NCBI GenBank assembly: GCA_043812655.1
Contig: JBDRLW010000039.1
Span: 1 to 40,602 of the forward strand
Reading direction: 5' to 3'
DNA: 40,602 nt
Source of the DNA: a bacterium
GTDB lineage: Bacteria; Margulisbacteria; WOR-1; O2-12-FULL-45-9; XYB2-FULL-48-7
A program made the translations under genes and the position numbers. Shown one piece after another: positions 23,267 to 33,398 of the stretch. The notes beneath the pieces are model-generated. The model did no database searches. It saw nothing but the letters and a program-made list of their open reading frames with translations, and was not told the origin of the DNA. Each line of letters opens with the position of its first letter. Positions within the stretch are counted from its first letter, which is position 1.

Positions 23267-24841
23267 GTGCGCAAGATTTTAGCTTTATTGTGCTGTTTTA
23301 TCATGTCCTCCGCAGTCATGGCGATCGATAGTGCTATCACGGTTGAAGTTAGCGGCCGAAGCCACCTCTTGTCAGTCAGCCAGGAAAGCCAAACCCAGAT
23401 CTGGTCGCTCGGATACCTTTCTTCTTTTGAGGCAACTTATGAAGCGAAGGTAATTTTCAGCAGTTATGATGAGATCGTCAGCCCCGAGATCTTTTATCTT
23501 TCACCGGTTATTTATGCTTCTTGGGAGACCAAATATTTAGATCGATCGCAAAAATATACGATCATTTCACTGGATGGCGGCCAGCATTTTGGGCCGGTCA
23601 AACAAAGGCCGCTGTTCCAAGAGCGCCCTACTCCACCTAAAATATTGTCACCTAAGAATAGTTTTATTATTAGATACCTGTCAACCTTTCCGGAACCAAC
23701 CCTAAATAAGATCGAGCTCTCCGCTACGCCTAATTTTTTCCCAAACAGCACCTGGAACGCCACCCGATTTAATTTGCCGACCTCTCCTGAAGGAACAGTT
23801 AGTTTTAGCCAACTCGACCTACCAGACGGGAATTATTATTTGCGGGGCACAACCTTTAACGGAACCCTGACTAGTGAATCAAGCGCCGTCATTGGTTTTG
23901 TCATTGACCGAGTCCCGCCAATAATTAAACTACTTAAACCGACTGAGATTATTTTTAACAATAAAAACATAACCATCGAATGCCAGGTCAATGAGCGGTC
24001 AAGCCTGCTAATAAACGGTCAATTAATAACCAAAGAAGTGATTGGTGCCATAAGCTTTCCTTTCTCTTTAGTAAAAGGAAAAAATAATTTAGTCTTAGTC
24101 GCGACCGATGAAGCCGGAAACTCATCATCTTTGCCTTTTTCATTTTCATATGAGCCAGAACGTTCCATCATCCAGATCATCAAGCCCCGGTCGACCGATT
24201 GGTTTACCGCGGGATCGACGATCCTAGTTGAGGCCAGCGTGACCGATCCGCAAAATAGGCTGGAAGATGAAATAGATGTCCCGCTTTTTCTCTCCGGAAC
24301 AAAACTGTCAGAGACTTTGGTCTATGACAAAGCCAGCGGCCGGATCGCCGGGTTTGTGACGATCCCCGAAAATTCAGCTGACGGGGTAAAATTGACTATC
24401 ATGTCATTATCGATTGAGGGTGAAACAATTGAAAAGCAATTCAATATAAACATTGGCGAGCCTCCGGCTAACTTAACCGCCGAAGTAAATGCAACGGGAA
24501 GCATTTCCAGTTATTTGATTGAAAACAGTAGTTTAACCGCTTTTTCACTGGTTACCGGTTTTGGCAACGGGCCTAACCCGTTTTCACCGAAAAATGACGG
24601 CTTAATGTATTTTACTTATAAATTAAATCTTCCATCCGCCTTAAGTATTTATATTTTTGATTTAGCCGGCAATTTGATCTGGAAAAAAGAGATCACCATG
24701 ACAAATAGTGGCAATACTGCTTGGAATGGAGTCGACGCTTTCGGCCGCCAGGTCCAGAACGGCGTCTATCCTTATGTCTTAAAATTCACTTCCAGTAGTG
24801 ATACGGAGATAAAAAAAGGGAAAATAATAATCCTTCAATAA
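23267..24841 (+). CDS. Secreted Ig/FN3-like beta-sandwich protein with a C-terminal T9SS type-A sorting / FlgD-Ig-like domain
   Basis: Signal peptide; IDRVPP and ATDEAGN Ig motifs; NGPNPFSP...IYIFDLAGNLI...WNGVDAFGRQVQNGVYPY...KIIILQ C-terminus. Confidence 0.75.
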   Translation: MRKILALLCCFIMSSAVMAIDSAITVEVSGRSHLLSVSQESQTQIWSLGYLSSFEATYEAKVIFSSYDEIVSPEIFYLSPVIYASWETKYLDRSQKYTIISLDGGQHFGPVKQRPLFQERPTPPKILSPKNSFIIRYLSTFPEPTLNKIELSATPNFFPNSTWNATRFNLPTSPEGTVSFSQLDLPDGNYYLRGTTFNGTLTSESSAVIGFVIDRVPPIIKLLKPTEIIFNNKNITIECQVNERSSLLINGQLITKEVIGAISFPFSLVKGKNNLVLVATDEAGNSSSLPFSFSYEPERSIIQIIKPRSTDWFTAGSTILVEASVTDPQNRLEDEIDVPLFLSGTKLSETLVYDKASGRIAGFVTIPENSADGVKLTIMSLSIEGETIEKQFNINIGEPPANLTAEVNATGSISSYLIENSSLTAFSLVTGFGNGPNPFSPKNDGLMYFTYKLNLPSALSIYIFDLAGNLIWKKEITMTNSGNTAWNGVDAFGRQVQNGVYPYVLKFTSSSDTEIKKGKIIILQ

Positions 24842-26187
24842 GCCCCTCTGGCCGTGATAACTTCGGGAATTGTCCGGAGCAAGATCTTAAAATCAAGCCA
24901 CAGCGACCAGTTCTCAATATAATAAATATCCAGCCTCACCATGTCAGAAAATGGAAGCTGTGAGCGGCCTGACACCTGCCATGGACCAGTGATCCCCGGC
25001 CGAACCCGGAGACGCTTCTTTTGCCAAGCATTGTATTTACCGACTTCCCGCGGCAGCGGCGGCCGGGGGCCAACTAAGCTCATCTGGCCAAAAAGAACAT
25101 TCATTAGCTGCGGCAGTTCATCGATGCTAAAACGGCGCATGAACCGTCCCAGCTTCGTAATGCGCGGATCATTCTTAATTTTAAACAGATGCCCTTTTGT
25201 CTCTGATAATTTTTCCAGCTGGGGTAAAAGCTTATCGGCATCTTTGATCATCGAGCGGAATTTGAACATTGGGAAAGTCTTCCCGTCCAGGCCCACCCTC
25301 TCTTGCATAAAAAAGACCGGACCAGGCGAAGTGATCTTCACTAAACAGGCAAATACGATCAATATTGGAGAGATAATAATTAGCCCTATGGCCGACAAAA
25401 TAATATCGGTCATCCTTTTTACTAAAGCGTTAAACCCCTGCAACTTTATTTCCGCGACGGTAAGTAGCGGGATCCCTGCTAACTCATCGGCGTCAACCCG
25501 GCTGGCGATCAGCTCTAAAATACCTGGAACGACCTTAAACTCTACGCCATACTTTTCACATTCAGTAATAATATCTAAAAGCTTTTCAGTGTTTAGTCCG
25601 GCGGTAGCGACCATTATTTCCGCTACCTTATGCTTCTTGATCAATTCGATGACCTGGGCTTTACCCGCGTCTTCCGGTAAGATCCCAACAACTCGATACC
25701 CCAAGCCTTTATCCCGGAGCATTTTCTCTTTTAGTGTTTCGACCATTTCTCCCGACCCCAGGATCAAAGTATTTTTTATCAAGAGCCCCCTGCTCCGCAA
25801 CGTCCGGGTGAACCAAAAAAAACTGATTCTTATTGCCGTTAAAGCTAATAAAGCGATCCACCAGGCATTGACGATAACTAACCGGGAGAACCATAACTCG
25901 CGGTAGAGAAAAAGAAGCCCGAGCAGGACCATTGTCGACATGGTAACGCCGCTAAAAACCAGCGCGACCTCATCAATTAAGATCGTGTTCTTTTTGTTTT
26001 CGTATAGGCCGATCAACTTAAAGATCGCTAGCCAAACCAAGGTAATAAAAACTAAAACGCTTAAATATTTTTCAAATATCGGCATAGCGCTTGGCGTGAT
26101 AAAAAGGAGTATCTTGAACCTGACATAATAAGCAAAAACAAAAGATAAATTAATTAACGCCGCGTCAACTAATATTCTAACGATCAT
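24835..26187 (-). CDS. Undecaprenyl-phosphate sugar phosphotransferase (WbaP/WcaJ family)
   Basis: N-terminal TMs; KRMTDI, FKFRSM, DPRIT, DELPQL.NV..G.MSLVGPRP, PGITG.WQVSGR. Confidence 0.92.
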   Translation of the reverse strand: MIVRILVDAALINLSFVFAYYVRFKILLFITPSAMPIFEKYLSVLVFITLVWLAIFKLIGLYENKKNTILIDEVALVFSGVTMSTMVLLGLLFLYRELWFSRLVIVNAWWIALLALTAIRISFFWFTRTLRSRGLLIKNTLILGSGEMVETLKEKMLRDKGLGYRVVGILPEDAGKAQVIELIKKHKVAEIMVATAGLNTEKLLDIITECEKYGVEFKVVPGILELIASRVDADELAGIPLLTVAEIKLQGFNALVKRMTDIILSAIGLIIISPILIVFACLVKITSPGPVFFMQERVGLDGKTFPMFKFRSMIKDADKLLPQLEKLSETKGHLFKIKNDPRITKLGRFMRRFSIDELPQLMNVLFGQMSLVGPRPPLPREVGKYNAWQKKRLRVRPGITGPWQVSGRSQLPFSDMVRLDIYYIENWSLWLDFKILLRTIPEVITARGAY

Positions 26188-28355
26188 TTTAGCTGCTCAT
26201 ACGCTTTGAACAGATCGATATTGTCTGGGATCTTCTCAGCCATTTCGGCTAAAAGTTTTTTGGCTCTTGGCAACTGGTTCAGCCTCCGGTCTGTATCCAC
26301 AACTTTCCGGATAACCGATGGCAGGGTCGGATTAACCACTAAAGCCTTCTCATACTGAGTCGCGGCCGCCGCTAAATTCCCCTGCCGCGCCAAAAGATCA
26401 CCTTTAAGCTCATAAACTTCCGCGTAATAAGGATCGATCTTTAAAGCGATCTCTATATTTTTACTGGCCAGAACTTGATCGTTAAGGGAAAAATAAACAC
26501 GAGCCAGCATGAAAAAGTTATCAGCATTATAAGGGTCGACCTTGGCACCATAATTTAATTCTTTGATCGCTTCACTGGCTTTACCGGTATTAAGGTAAGT
26601 TATGGCCAAATGGGAAATAGTATTGCCTTCCAGCGGCAAGACCTTGAGTGAACTCTTGAAATCTTTTTCCGCGCCGGTAAAATTCCTGGTTTCTAAGTTA
26701 TTTTTCCCTGACTTAAAATCAATATCCGCCCGGAAAGAGAGGAATGAAGCGTAAAAAAGCCAGCTAAACAATATGACGACCGCCGCCACAGATAACCACG
26801 GGATCTCAGCAAAAGAGATTTTCTTGAACTTCGCGGTTTCACCACTATTATCCCTATTCATCACCATCACACAGCCCCATAAAACCCAAAAGAGGGAAGT
26901 GATCGCCACTACGCCAAAGCTGAACTGGTTTTGGACGAGAAAGGCTAAGATCGCGGCCAATAAACCGGCCATGACCAAGCGCTTGTCTTCTGAAATATTT
27001 TTTGCCTTAGCGATCCCCAACTTAAAGATCAAAAATATAATATAAATGTAGAGGCCAAGAGAGATCAGCCCTTTGGTAACCGGGACATCCATCGTTTCAT
27101 TGTGGCACCGGTCTTGTTTAACATGAAAAGCTTCGCGGAACCGGAACAGCTCGGTTTCATAACGGGGAAAGACCATTTTTAAGACTTCTGGACCGACCCC
27201 AAAAACCGGGTTATCAGCGATAATACAAAAAGCGCTCTTCCAGGTTTCACCCCGGGAACCGGCCGCCCCCTTAAGTTCAAGTTTTGAGGTTTCACCCTGA
27301 TTGTCAACTTTTATTTCATTGGTAAAACGTTCGAACGGTGAATAACCCGGCTGCATCATCGTATAAGCCGAAATTGCCACGATTGCCAAGACAATAAACA
27401 CGGTCTTTTTCCAAGTAGTAAATAACCACTGCCGGCCAAGGATCAGGCCAAACAAGACCGCCCCGGCAAATATACCCAAATATCCGCCGCGGCTCTGGGT
27501 ATAAAGCAAATTAATATAGTTAAGTAGTAAGCTTAGGCCGATAATGATCTCCAATAAGACCAGCGGCAGTTTATTATAATTAAAAGCAAAGTAAATCGAC
27601 GACGCTGTGACAGACCCAAAGATCAGGTACCAGGCAATAATGTCTTGGGCATCAAGATTATAGATCATAAAAATGAAGGCAACTTGTGAGAACAAAAAAG
27701 CTCCCAGCGGCCACAAACCAGCCTGCCAGTCAATGACTTTTGGGGACGATCTTTTTTCCAAGAAAAAAACCAAACCCAGAAAAAACGCCATTAATACATA
27801 AGCGGCATTAAAATTAGGTTGGCCAATCGTCCCGATCACCCTCTCTTTCGTCGGCACTCCACCCCACATGTACGGATCAAGGTCATGCCGTTGAATAATA
27901 CTATAGAGAGACATAATACAAGCGACAGGTATCACCAAAGCCAACACTCTTTTGACCTGCTCTGCCGAGTGGATGTAGTTGGTCGTGATAAAAAACAACA
28001 AGCCAAGGATATACCAGGTCGTTAGCCCTTCGAACCGGCCATAAAACCCGGCAAAACTGGTATAAACACCAACCGAAGTTAAGGTTGCGATAGTCGTTGT
28101 TAATAGGAACGCTAAGATCGGCCAATCAAGAGCGGTCCTAATGAAACGATGCTCCTTGGTAATTATTATTTTTAGAGACCATAATCCAAGGATAATAACG
28201 ACCAAACCTCTCATCCAGGCGACTTTTGTCCCCGAAAAGACGATCCCTAGCCGCCGATCAAAAATAGTCGGCACAAAGAAGATAACGATTAAAAATATTA
28301 TTTCAATGATGAAATCAAAATTAAGCCAATTATTATTTGCCTGATCTTTCTTCAT
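26184..28355 (-). CDS. O-antigen ligase (Wzy_C/WaaL) family membrane protein with C-terminal TPRs
   Basis: Multiple TMs; GTIGQPN, TQSRGG, NPVFGVGP, HN motifs; TPR-like tail. Confidence 0.85.
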   Translation of the reverse strand: MKKDQANNNWLNFDFIIEIIFLIVIFFVPTIFDRRLGIVFSGTKVAWMRGLVVIILGLWSLKIIITKEHRFIRTALDWPILAFLLTTTIATLTSVGVYTSFAGFYGRFEGLTTWYILGLLFFITTNYIHSAEQVKRVLALVIPVACIMSLYSIIQRHDLDPYMWGGVPTKERVIGTIGQPNFNAAYVLMAFFLGLVFFLEKRSSPKVIDWQAGLWPLGAFLFSQVAFIFMIYNLDAQDIIAWYLIFGSVTASSIYFAFNYNKLPLVLLEIIIGLSLLLNYINLLYTQSRGGYLGIFAGAVLFGLILGRQWLFTTWKKTVFIVLAIVAISAYTMMQPGYSPFERFTNEIKVDNQGETSKLELKGAAGSRGETWKSAFCIIADNPVFGVGPEVLKMVFPRYETELFRFREAFHVKQDRCHNETMDVPVTKGLISLGLYIYIIFLIFKLGIAKAKNISEDKRLVMAGLLAAILAFLVQNQFSFGVVAITSLFWVLWGCVMVMNRDNSGETAKFKKISFAEIPWLSVAAVVILFSWLFYASFLSFRADIDFKSGKNNLETRNFTGAEKDFKSSLKVLPLEGNTISHLAITYLNTGKASEAIKELNYGAKVDPYNADNFFMLARVYFSLNDQVLASKNIEIALKIDPYYAEVYELKGDLLARQGNLAAAATQYEKALVVNPTLPSVIRKVVDTDRRLNQLPRAKKLLAEMAEKIPDNIDLFKAYEQLK

Positions 28356-29430
28356 ATTTGCCTTTTATATATTCACTGATCTTGCGCTGAAATACTTTTT
28401 TATCGAACCTTTTGGCATGTTCCCGGATCTTCTCTTTATCAAACACCTTAAATTTAAAGGCTTCAACCGCCGCTACAAGCGATTGGACCGTTTGCTGTTC
28501 AAAGAATAAACCAGTTTCGCCGCTCACGATCGTCTCCTGCGCTCCCCCGCCATTATAAGCAATTACCGGCCGGCCGCAAGCCATCGCCTCAAGCGGCACG
28601 ATCCCAAAATCCTCTTCTCCGGTAAAGACCAGCGCCCGGCATTCGCTAAGATATTTGGCTGTCTTAATATCCGAAAGCCGGCCTAAAAATTCAATATTCG
28701 GCCCCGCTTGCCTCGCCAAAGTTTTCCGGTCCGGCCCATCGCCAATTATCTTTAACGGTAGGTCCAATTGGTTAAAAGCCTTAACCGCCAGGTCGATCCG
28801 TTTATAAGCGTTAAGGCGCGAAACGATCAAATAGTAATCACCGTCAACTTTTGACGGCCGGAAAAAATCGGTCTCAACCGGTGGATATATTATAACAGAA
28901 TCCCGGCCGTATGTTTGTTTTATCCTGTCGGCGACGGTTTTAGAGATCGCTATAAACCCGTCAACCTCGGCCGAATTTTTAAGGTCCCAATTTTTTATCG
29001 GCTCAAGAAAAAATGGCAACACCTGCTTAAGCCAAGCGGGGAAAGCCTCTCTTTTCACATAATCATCATAGCGCCAGACAAAGCGCATCGGCGTGTAACA
29101 GTAACATAAATGAAGTTGTCCTGGTCGTTTCTTCACGCCTTTAGCATAAGCGGAACTCGACGAAAGAATAACCTCGTAGCCAGAGAGGTCAAACCGTTCA
29201 AAAGCGAGGGGATACAGCCAAAACAAAGCTTTAAATAAAGGAAAAACCAAAGGGATCTTTTGCATAAAGGACGTGTTTATCTCCATCCGCTGAAAATTAA
29301 CCGGCATTTTTGTTTCATCGAATATTGAAGTATAGATCGGTGCTTGCGGATACACTTCATTAAGGGCGGATATTACTCTTTCTGCTCCGCCAAATTGACA
29401 AAGATAATCGTGAACGACCGCTAAGCGCAT
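28333..29430 (-). CDS. Glycosyltransferase family 4 (WbaZ-like mannosyltransferase)
   Basis: VHDYL..GGAERV, YCYTPMR, EDFGIVPLEAMACGRPVI. Confidence 0.9.
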   Translation of the reverse strand: MRLAVVHDYLCQFGGAERVISALNEVYPQAPIYTSIFDETKMPVNFQRMEINTSFMQKIPLVFPLFKALFWLYPLAFERFDLSGYEVILSSSSAYAKGVKKRPGQLHLCYCYTPMRFVWRYDDYVKREAFPAWLKQVLPFFLEPIKNWDLKNSAEVDGFIAISKTVADRIKQTYGRDSVIIYPPVETDFFRPSKVDGDYYLIVSRLNAYKRIDLAVKAFNQLDLPLKIIGDGPDRKTLARQAGPNIEFLGRLSDIKTAKYLSECRALVFTGEEDFGIVPLEAMACGRPVIAYNGGGAQETIVSGETGLFFEQQTVQSLVAAVEAFKFKVFDKEKIREHAKRFDKKVFQRKISEYIKGKYEERSGK

Positions 29431-30407
29431 GCGGATAACCGCTTCAGATCAGCGTCAACCATCATGGATACTAATCCCTCAAACTTTACAGTTGGCCGCC
29501 AAGATAAAACCTTTTTGGCTTTGCCGTAATCACCCCGCAGAACATTGACTTCAGCCGGACGGCGCAACCTATCGTCAAATTTCACATACTTTTGGTAATC
29601 GAGCCCCAGATGGCTAAAGGCTAATTCCGCGAATTCCTTGACCGAATGGGCTTCCCCTGTCGCGATCACATAATCATCTGGCTTATCTTGCTGCAGCATC
29701 AGCCACATGGCTTTGACGTAATCACCGGCAAACCCCCAATCTCTTTTAGCTTCCAAGTTGCCTAATTTTAATTCACTCTCTCGTCCCAGCTTGATCTTTG
29801 CCGCCGCGTTGGAAATTTTCCTCGTCACAAATTCAAAACCCCGCCTGGGCGATTCATGGTTAAATAAAATACCGCTGCAGGCAAAAAGACCATAGGCCTC
29901 GCGATAATTCCGGGTCAGGTCAAAACCGGCTACTTTTGAGATCCCGTATGGCGAACGGGGATAAAAAGGAGTATTTTCATTTTGCGGCGTCTCCCTGACC
30001 AGCCCGAACATTTCTGAAGATCCGGCAAAATAAAGCTTGCATTGCGGCGCTTTTTCCTTGACCGCTGAAAGAATATAATGGGTGCCGTTAAGATTGACAT
30101 TAATGGTCGAAAATTCATCTTCAAATGAGTAGCTGACAAAACTCTGTGCCGCTAGGTGATAGCATTCGTCAGGCACGATCTTTTCCACAATTTTAAAAAC
30201 ACTGGCATAATTTTCCAGTGAAGCAGGGTGCAAGATCATCTTGTCATAAAATCCGCGCAGCCGCCACATCCGGTGTTCAATATCCTCAAAAGCCACCCGG
30301 CGGACAATTCCATGGACCTCATAGCCTTTAGCCAATAATAATTCCGCCAAATACGACCCATCTTGACCGGTGATCCCCGTGATCAACGCTTCCTTTTTTT
30401 CACCCAT
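29421..30407 (-). CDS. gmd: GDP-mannose 4,6-dehydratase
   Basis: ALITGITGQDGSYLAELLL, FYPRSPYG, ILFNHESPRRG, RDWG. Confidence 0.95.
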   Translation of the reverse strand: MGEKKEALITGITGQDGSYLAELLLAKGYEVHGIVRRVAFEDIEHRMWRLRGFYDKMILHPASLENYASVFKIVEKIVPDECYHLAAQSFVSYSFEDEFSTINVNLNGTHYILSAVKEKAPQCKLYFAGSSEMFGLVRETPQNENTPFYPRSPYGISKVAGFDLTRNYREAYGLFACSGILFNHESPRRGFEFVTRKISNAAAKIKLGRESELKLGNLEAKRDWGFAGDYVKAMWLMLQQDKPDDYVIATGEAHSVKEFAELAFSHLGLDYQKYVKFDDRLRRPAEVNVLRGDYGKAKKVLSWRPTVKFEGLVSMMVDADLKRLSACA

Positions 30408-30409
30408 TT

Positions 30410-31423
30410 TTAGCCTCCTAAATATTTAAAGTTCAGTTCCGCTTTTTCTGCCATCTCTTTGCTCTTTTCCGTCAAAATATCCTTAATTTGTTCTTTATCT
30501 TTCACCACTTGATCAAATTTCAAAGCTAGGTTGCTGGGATTACTAAGGTCAATAAAAGGTTGGCCCAGCCAGTCCATGAACGCGCTAACTTTAGGATCGT
30601 AAGAGACCCCCACCATTGGCACACCGGCTAAAGCGGCAAAGATCAACGAATGGAGCCGCATCCCAATAAAATAATTAAAACAACCATAGAGGGAGAGCAT
30701 CTCTTGTGGGGCGCAATGCCGAAAAACAACCGCCGATTTTTTTTTCATCAATTCCGCGACTTCAACCGCCGGCTCGGTATCGACCGCCGGCTGGAATAAC
30801 AGGAAAACTGTCAATAGTTTATATTTTTCCGCTAAAATATCGAGCTGCCTCGCCATAACTTTTGGATTGGCCGCTTTCCTTAAGGCGACCCCTACTATCG
30901 GTCGGTTCAAACCAATGCCTTCAAGTTTTAAGATCCCACTGCCTGTTTCTTTGTTCCGGCATTTTAAAAGGCCAGCCGCATCGCCGGTTACGCGGGTCGG
31001 AGGCTTAGTTATCCCGATTTTAATAAGTCGTTCCTTTGATCCTTCATCACGCAGTAAAATTAGATCGACCTGATCTAAAATAATTCTAGCGATTGTTTGG
31101 TTCAACTTTTTCTTTAGCGGCCCAAATCCTTGGGCAAAGACCACGACCCTTTTCCTGAACAACTTAGCCAAAAATATTATTCCAATATAATAAAAAAAGC
31201 TCCGGCTGCTAGTCGCGTCCTGGAATAGGCTCCCGCCGCCGGAAAGGAGAAGATCCGCCGACCTTATTTCATTTACTAGATTGAATGGGTTGTGATTTTT
31301 TGAAGATAAAACAGTTAAGCTGGCTTCTGGAAAATACTTGCGCAAGCCAAGCCTGGTCGCCTCTAGGACCGCTTCGTCCCCAAGGTTCCCATAGCCGTAG
31401 TAACCGGATATAGCTATTTTCAT
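30410..31423 (-). CDS. csaB: Polysaccharide pyruvyl transferase CsaB
   Basis: ISGYYGYGNLGDEA, SGGGSLFQDATS.RS, AQGFGP, GMRLHSLIFA, SYDPKV. Confidence 0.9.
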   Translation of the reverse strand: MKIAISGYYGYGNLGDEAVLEATRLGLRKYFPEASLTVLSSKNHNPFNLVNEIRSADLLLSGGGSLFQDATSSRSFFYYIGIIFLAKLFRKRVVVFAQGFGPLKKKLNQTIARIILDQVDLILLRDEGSKERLIKIGITKPPTRVTGDAAGLLKCRNKETGSGILKLEGIGLNRPIVGVALRKAANPKVMARQLDILAEKYKLLTVFLLFQPAVDTEPAVEVAELMKKKSAVVFRHCAPQEMLSLYGCFNYFIGMRLHSLIFAALAGVPMVGVSYDPKVSAFMDWLGQPFIDLSNPSNLALKFDQVVKDKEQIKDILTEKSKEMAEKAELNFKYLGG

Positions 31424-31437
31424 AAAAGCGGAGCCCT

Positions 31438-31562
31438 TTGACCCTCACCCCTGTCCCCTCTCCCAAAGGGAGAGGGGTAGTTTTTATTATAAGCCCTGGC
31501 AATCCCCACCCGCTCCCCCTGGGAGTGGGTCGACCGAAATTTATTTCGGTCGGGGTGAGGGC
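31438..31562. repeat. REP/MITE-like palindromic element, copy A
   Basis: ttgaccctcacccctg.cccctctcccaaagggagaggggtagtttt ... gggtcgaccgaaatttatttcggtcggggtgag, shared with 37881-38004. Confidence 0.8.
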
Positions 31563-31583
31563 TACAAAAACAAATTTCGATTT

Positions 31584-33398
31584 TCATTTTTGACTATATT
31601 TTTGATAAAGCCAAGAGGCCAACGCTCCAAAGATCAGGCCTAAGATCAGGCCGTTAAAGGTCCGAATTAATGAAACTAAAATCGGCGTATGAATATGGGA
31701 AAAAGTATTAAAAACAGAGATCGGGGCAATTACGCCAACTGCGGCGAGCAGCCACAACCAGGTTTTTTCTCCCCTTAAGTAATGAACCGCGGCAAGATAA
31801 ATAAAAGGATAGCCGATCAAGAATTCTTTGGTCCTGGGACGGATAAAAAGCAGGACTTCCAGCCAATTGCGGAAAGTTTTTTCAAAACCTGGGACAGGCA
31901 ATACAAAGTTACCTGAACGAGCGACTAAAATCCCTAGAGCGCCTAAAGCCACCGCACCAACCAAAACCGACATGATCGTTACTTTTGAGTTCAAGTAATC
32001 GAGCAATTTCCCTTTCCCCTGCTGAAGCAAGAAATATCCGGCAACTATTAATACCGGTAATATCAAAACCAATTTAACGCCGGGGAAAACATAAGTCCCG
32101 CTCATAAAGCGATAATCGGCCAACAACCCCACCATAATAAATATACCGATAAAAGTTTCGGCTAGGATATTTAGAATAAATCTAACGCCATTCCATCCTT
32201 CCCGTTTAACCGAAAAAGTTGAAGTAACGGCATAAGCCGGGAAAATAACCCCAGCAGAAAAGGCTAAAAGTTTTTGCAATAATAACGTTCCACCATTAGC
32301 GCTAATTAAGGCCATCATCACCGCCGCTACCATTAACGCCAAAAACATTAATGATGTCGAAAGCGGCACAAATAAATTAAGCAAAAACGATCCACTCACA
32401 ACTACTCCAAGACCCAAGCAAATAATTTGCCAGGTTCTAACCTGCAATTTAGTTTCTGGCGCTACTTTACCGACAACAAAGCCGGCTTTTTCTAGTTTCC
32501 CCTTAACTTCGCCAAAATATTGGAGATTGTAATCAACTACCGGTCCTTTTAATTCCGGCGGTAAAAATGGCCGCAGATAAAAGACCTTTACCCCCCTCTC
32601 CCGCGCCGCCCGACAAAACCGGTCAAGCGCTTCTTCTTTGGTGATCTTCTTAAGCTCATCTTTTGGCACGCTATGGACACGGAAGGTCTCTCCCTGCATC
32701 AGCTTTTTTAATTTTTGGTCCCCTTTTTGCTTCACGATTTCTACAAAACCATATTTGATCTTGTTAGTCTTCATTGCCGCCGCTAACTCTGGCAAGGCAT
32801 CAGGACTCCCCAAAATATCTTCCCCATCAAAGATGACAAGGTCATGCTTGCCGATCGTTTCGATCTTTTGCCTAATATTTGTTTTGTTGTAGCGGGGATC
32901 ATTTAAGATCCTGGGGACCAAGCTAAAACCTTTTTGTTCTAAATCATTTTTTTCAGCAGCTGTTATCCCAAGACCCAATTCGCGCAGCTCTTCTTCGGCT
33001 TCATTTATCTGAATAACATTATTGCCTACAGGTCTAACACCATTATTACCAAGCACGAGCCTTAATTGGTTGATAAGCCGTTCGTAGTTTTGGCTGTTGT
33101 TAACTTGGATATTAGTTTTAAATTCTGTGCTATTTTTATATTGGATCTCTCCTTTGGCCGCCGCTATGGTCAGGGTCTCTTCATAAATACCCAGTTCAGT
33201 TATTCCCAGCTCCTTTACCTTCTTTAAGATTTGAGCCAGCGGACGCTTTTCCAAATTAGCGATCTTCTTCAAACCTTTCAGATCAACCACGATCTCAACC
33301 TGACGGCTGGCTTGCTCTACCATGAACCGCTTAAACCCTAAATACCCACCCAATAAAACAGCTACGGTTAAAATAATAATTAAGATGTTCTTTCCCAT
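31584..33398 (-). CDS. DUF5693 family membrane protein
   Basis: RAARERG..FYLRPF, RSGN, RPRTKEFLIGYP, NTFSHIHTP motifs; usual neighbour of csaB. Confidence 0.85.
   Translation of the reverse strand: MGKNILIIILTVAVLLGGYLGFKRFMVEQASRQVEIVVDLKGLKKIANLEKRPLAQILKKVKELGITELGIYEETLTIAAAKGEIQYKNSTEFKTNIQVNNSQNYERLINQLRLVLGNNGVRPVGNNVIQINEAEEELRELGLGITAAEKNDLEQKGFSLVPRILNDPRYNKTNIRQKIETIGKHDLVIFDGEDILGSPDALPELAAAMKTNKIKYGFVEIVKQKGDQKLKKLMQGETFRVHSVPKDELKKITKEEALDRFCRAARERGVKVFYLRPFLPPELKGPVVDYNLQYFGEVKGKLEKAGFVVGKVAPETKLQVRTWQIICLGLGVVVSGSFLLNLFVPLSTSLMFLALMVAAVMMALISANGGTLLLQKLLAFSAGVIFPAYAVTSTFSVKREGWNGVRFILNILAETFIGIFIMVGLLADYRFMSGTYVFPGVKLVLILPVLIVAGYFLLQQGKGKLLDYLNSKVTIMSVLVGAVALGALGILVARSGNFVLPVPGFEKTFRNWLEVLLFIRPRTKEFLIGYPFIYLAAVHYLRGEKTWLWLLAAVGVIAPISVFNTFSHIHTPILVSLIRTFNGLILGLIFGALASWLYQKYSQK

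Noticed and set aside
24941..25906. 321-aa plus-strand ORF and other long antisense ORFs (e.g. 20365-20997, 148-639)
   Set aside because: Shadow ORFs opposite well-supported genes, with no RBS or recognisable motifs
31269..31502. 77-aa ORF (PLPLGEGTGVRV) and 62-aa ORF at 17535-17723
   Set aside because: These are translations of the palindromic repeat elements, not genes
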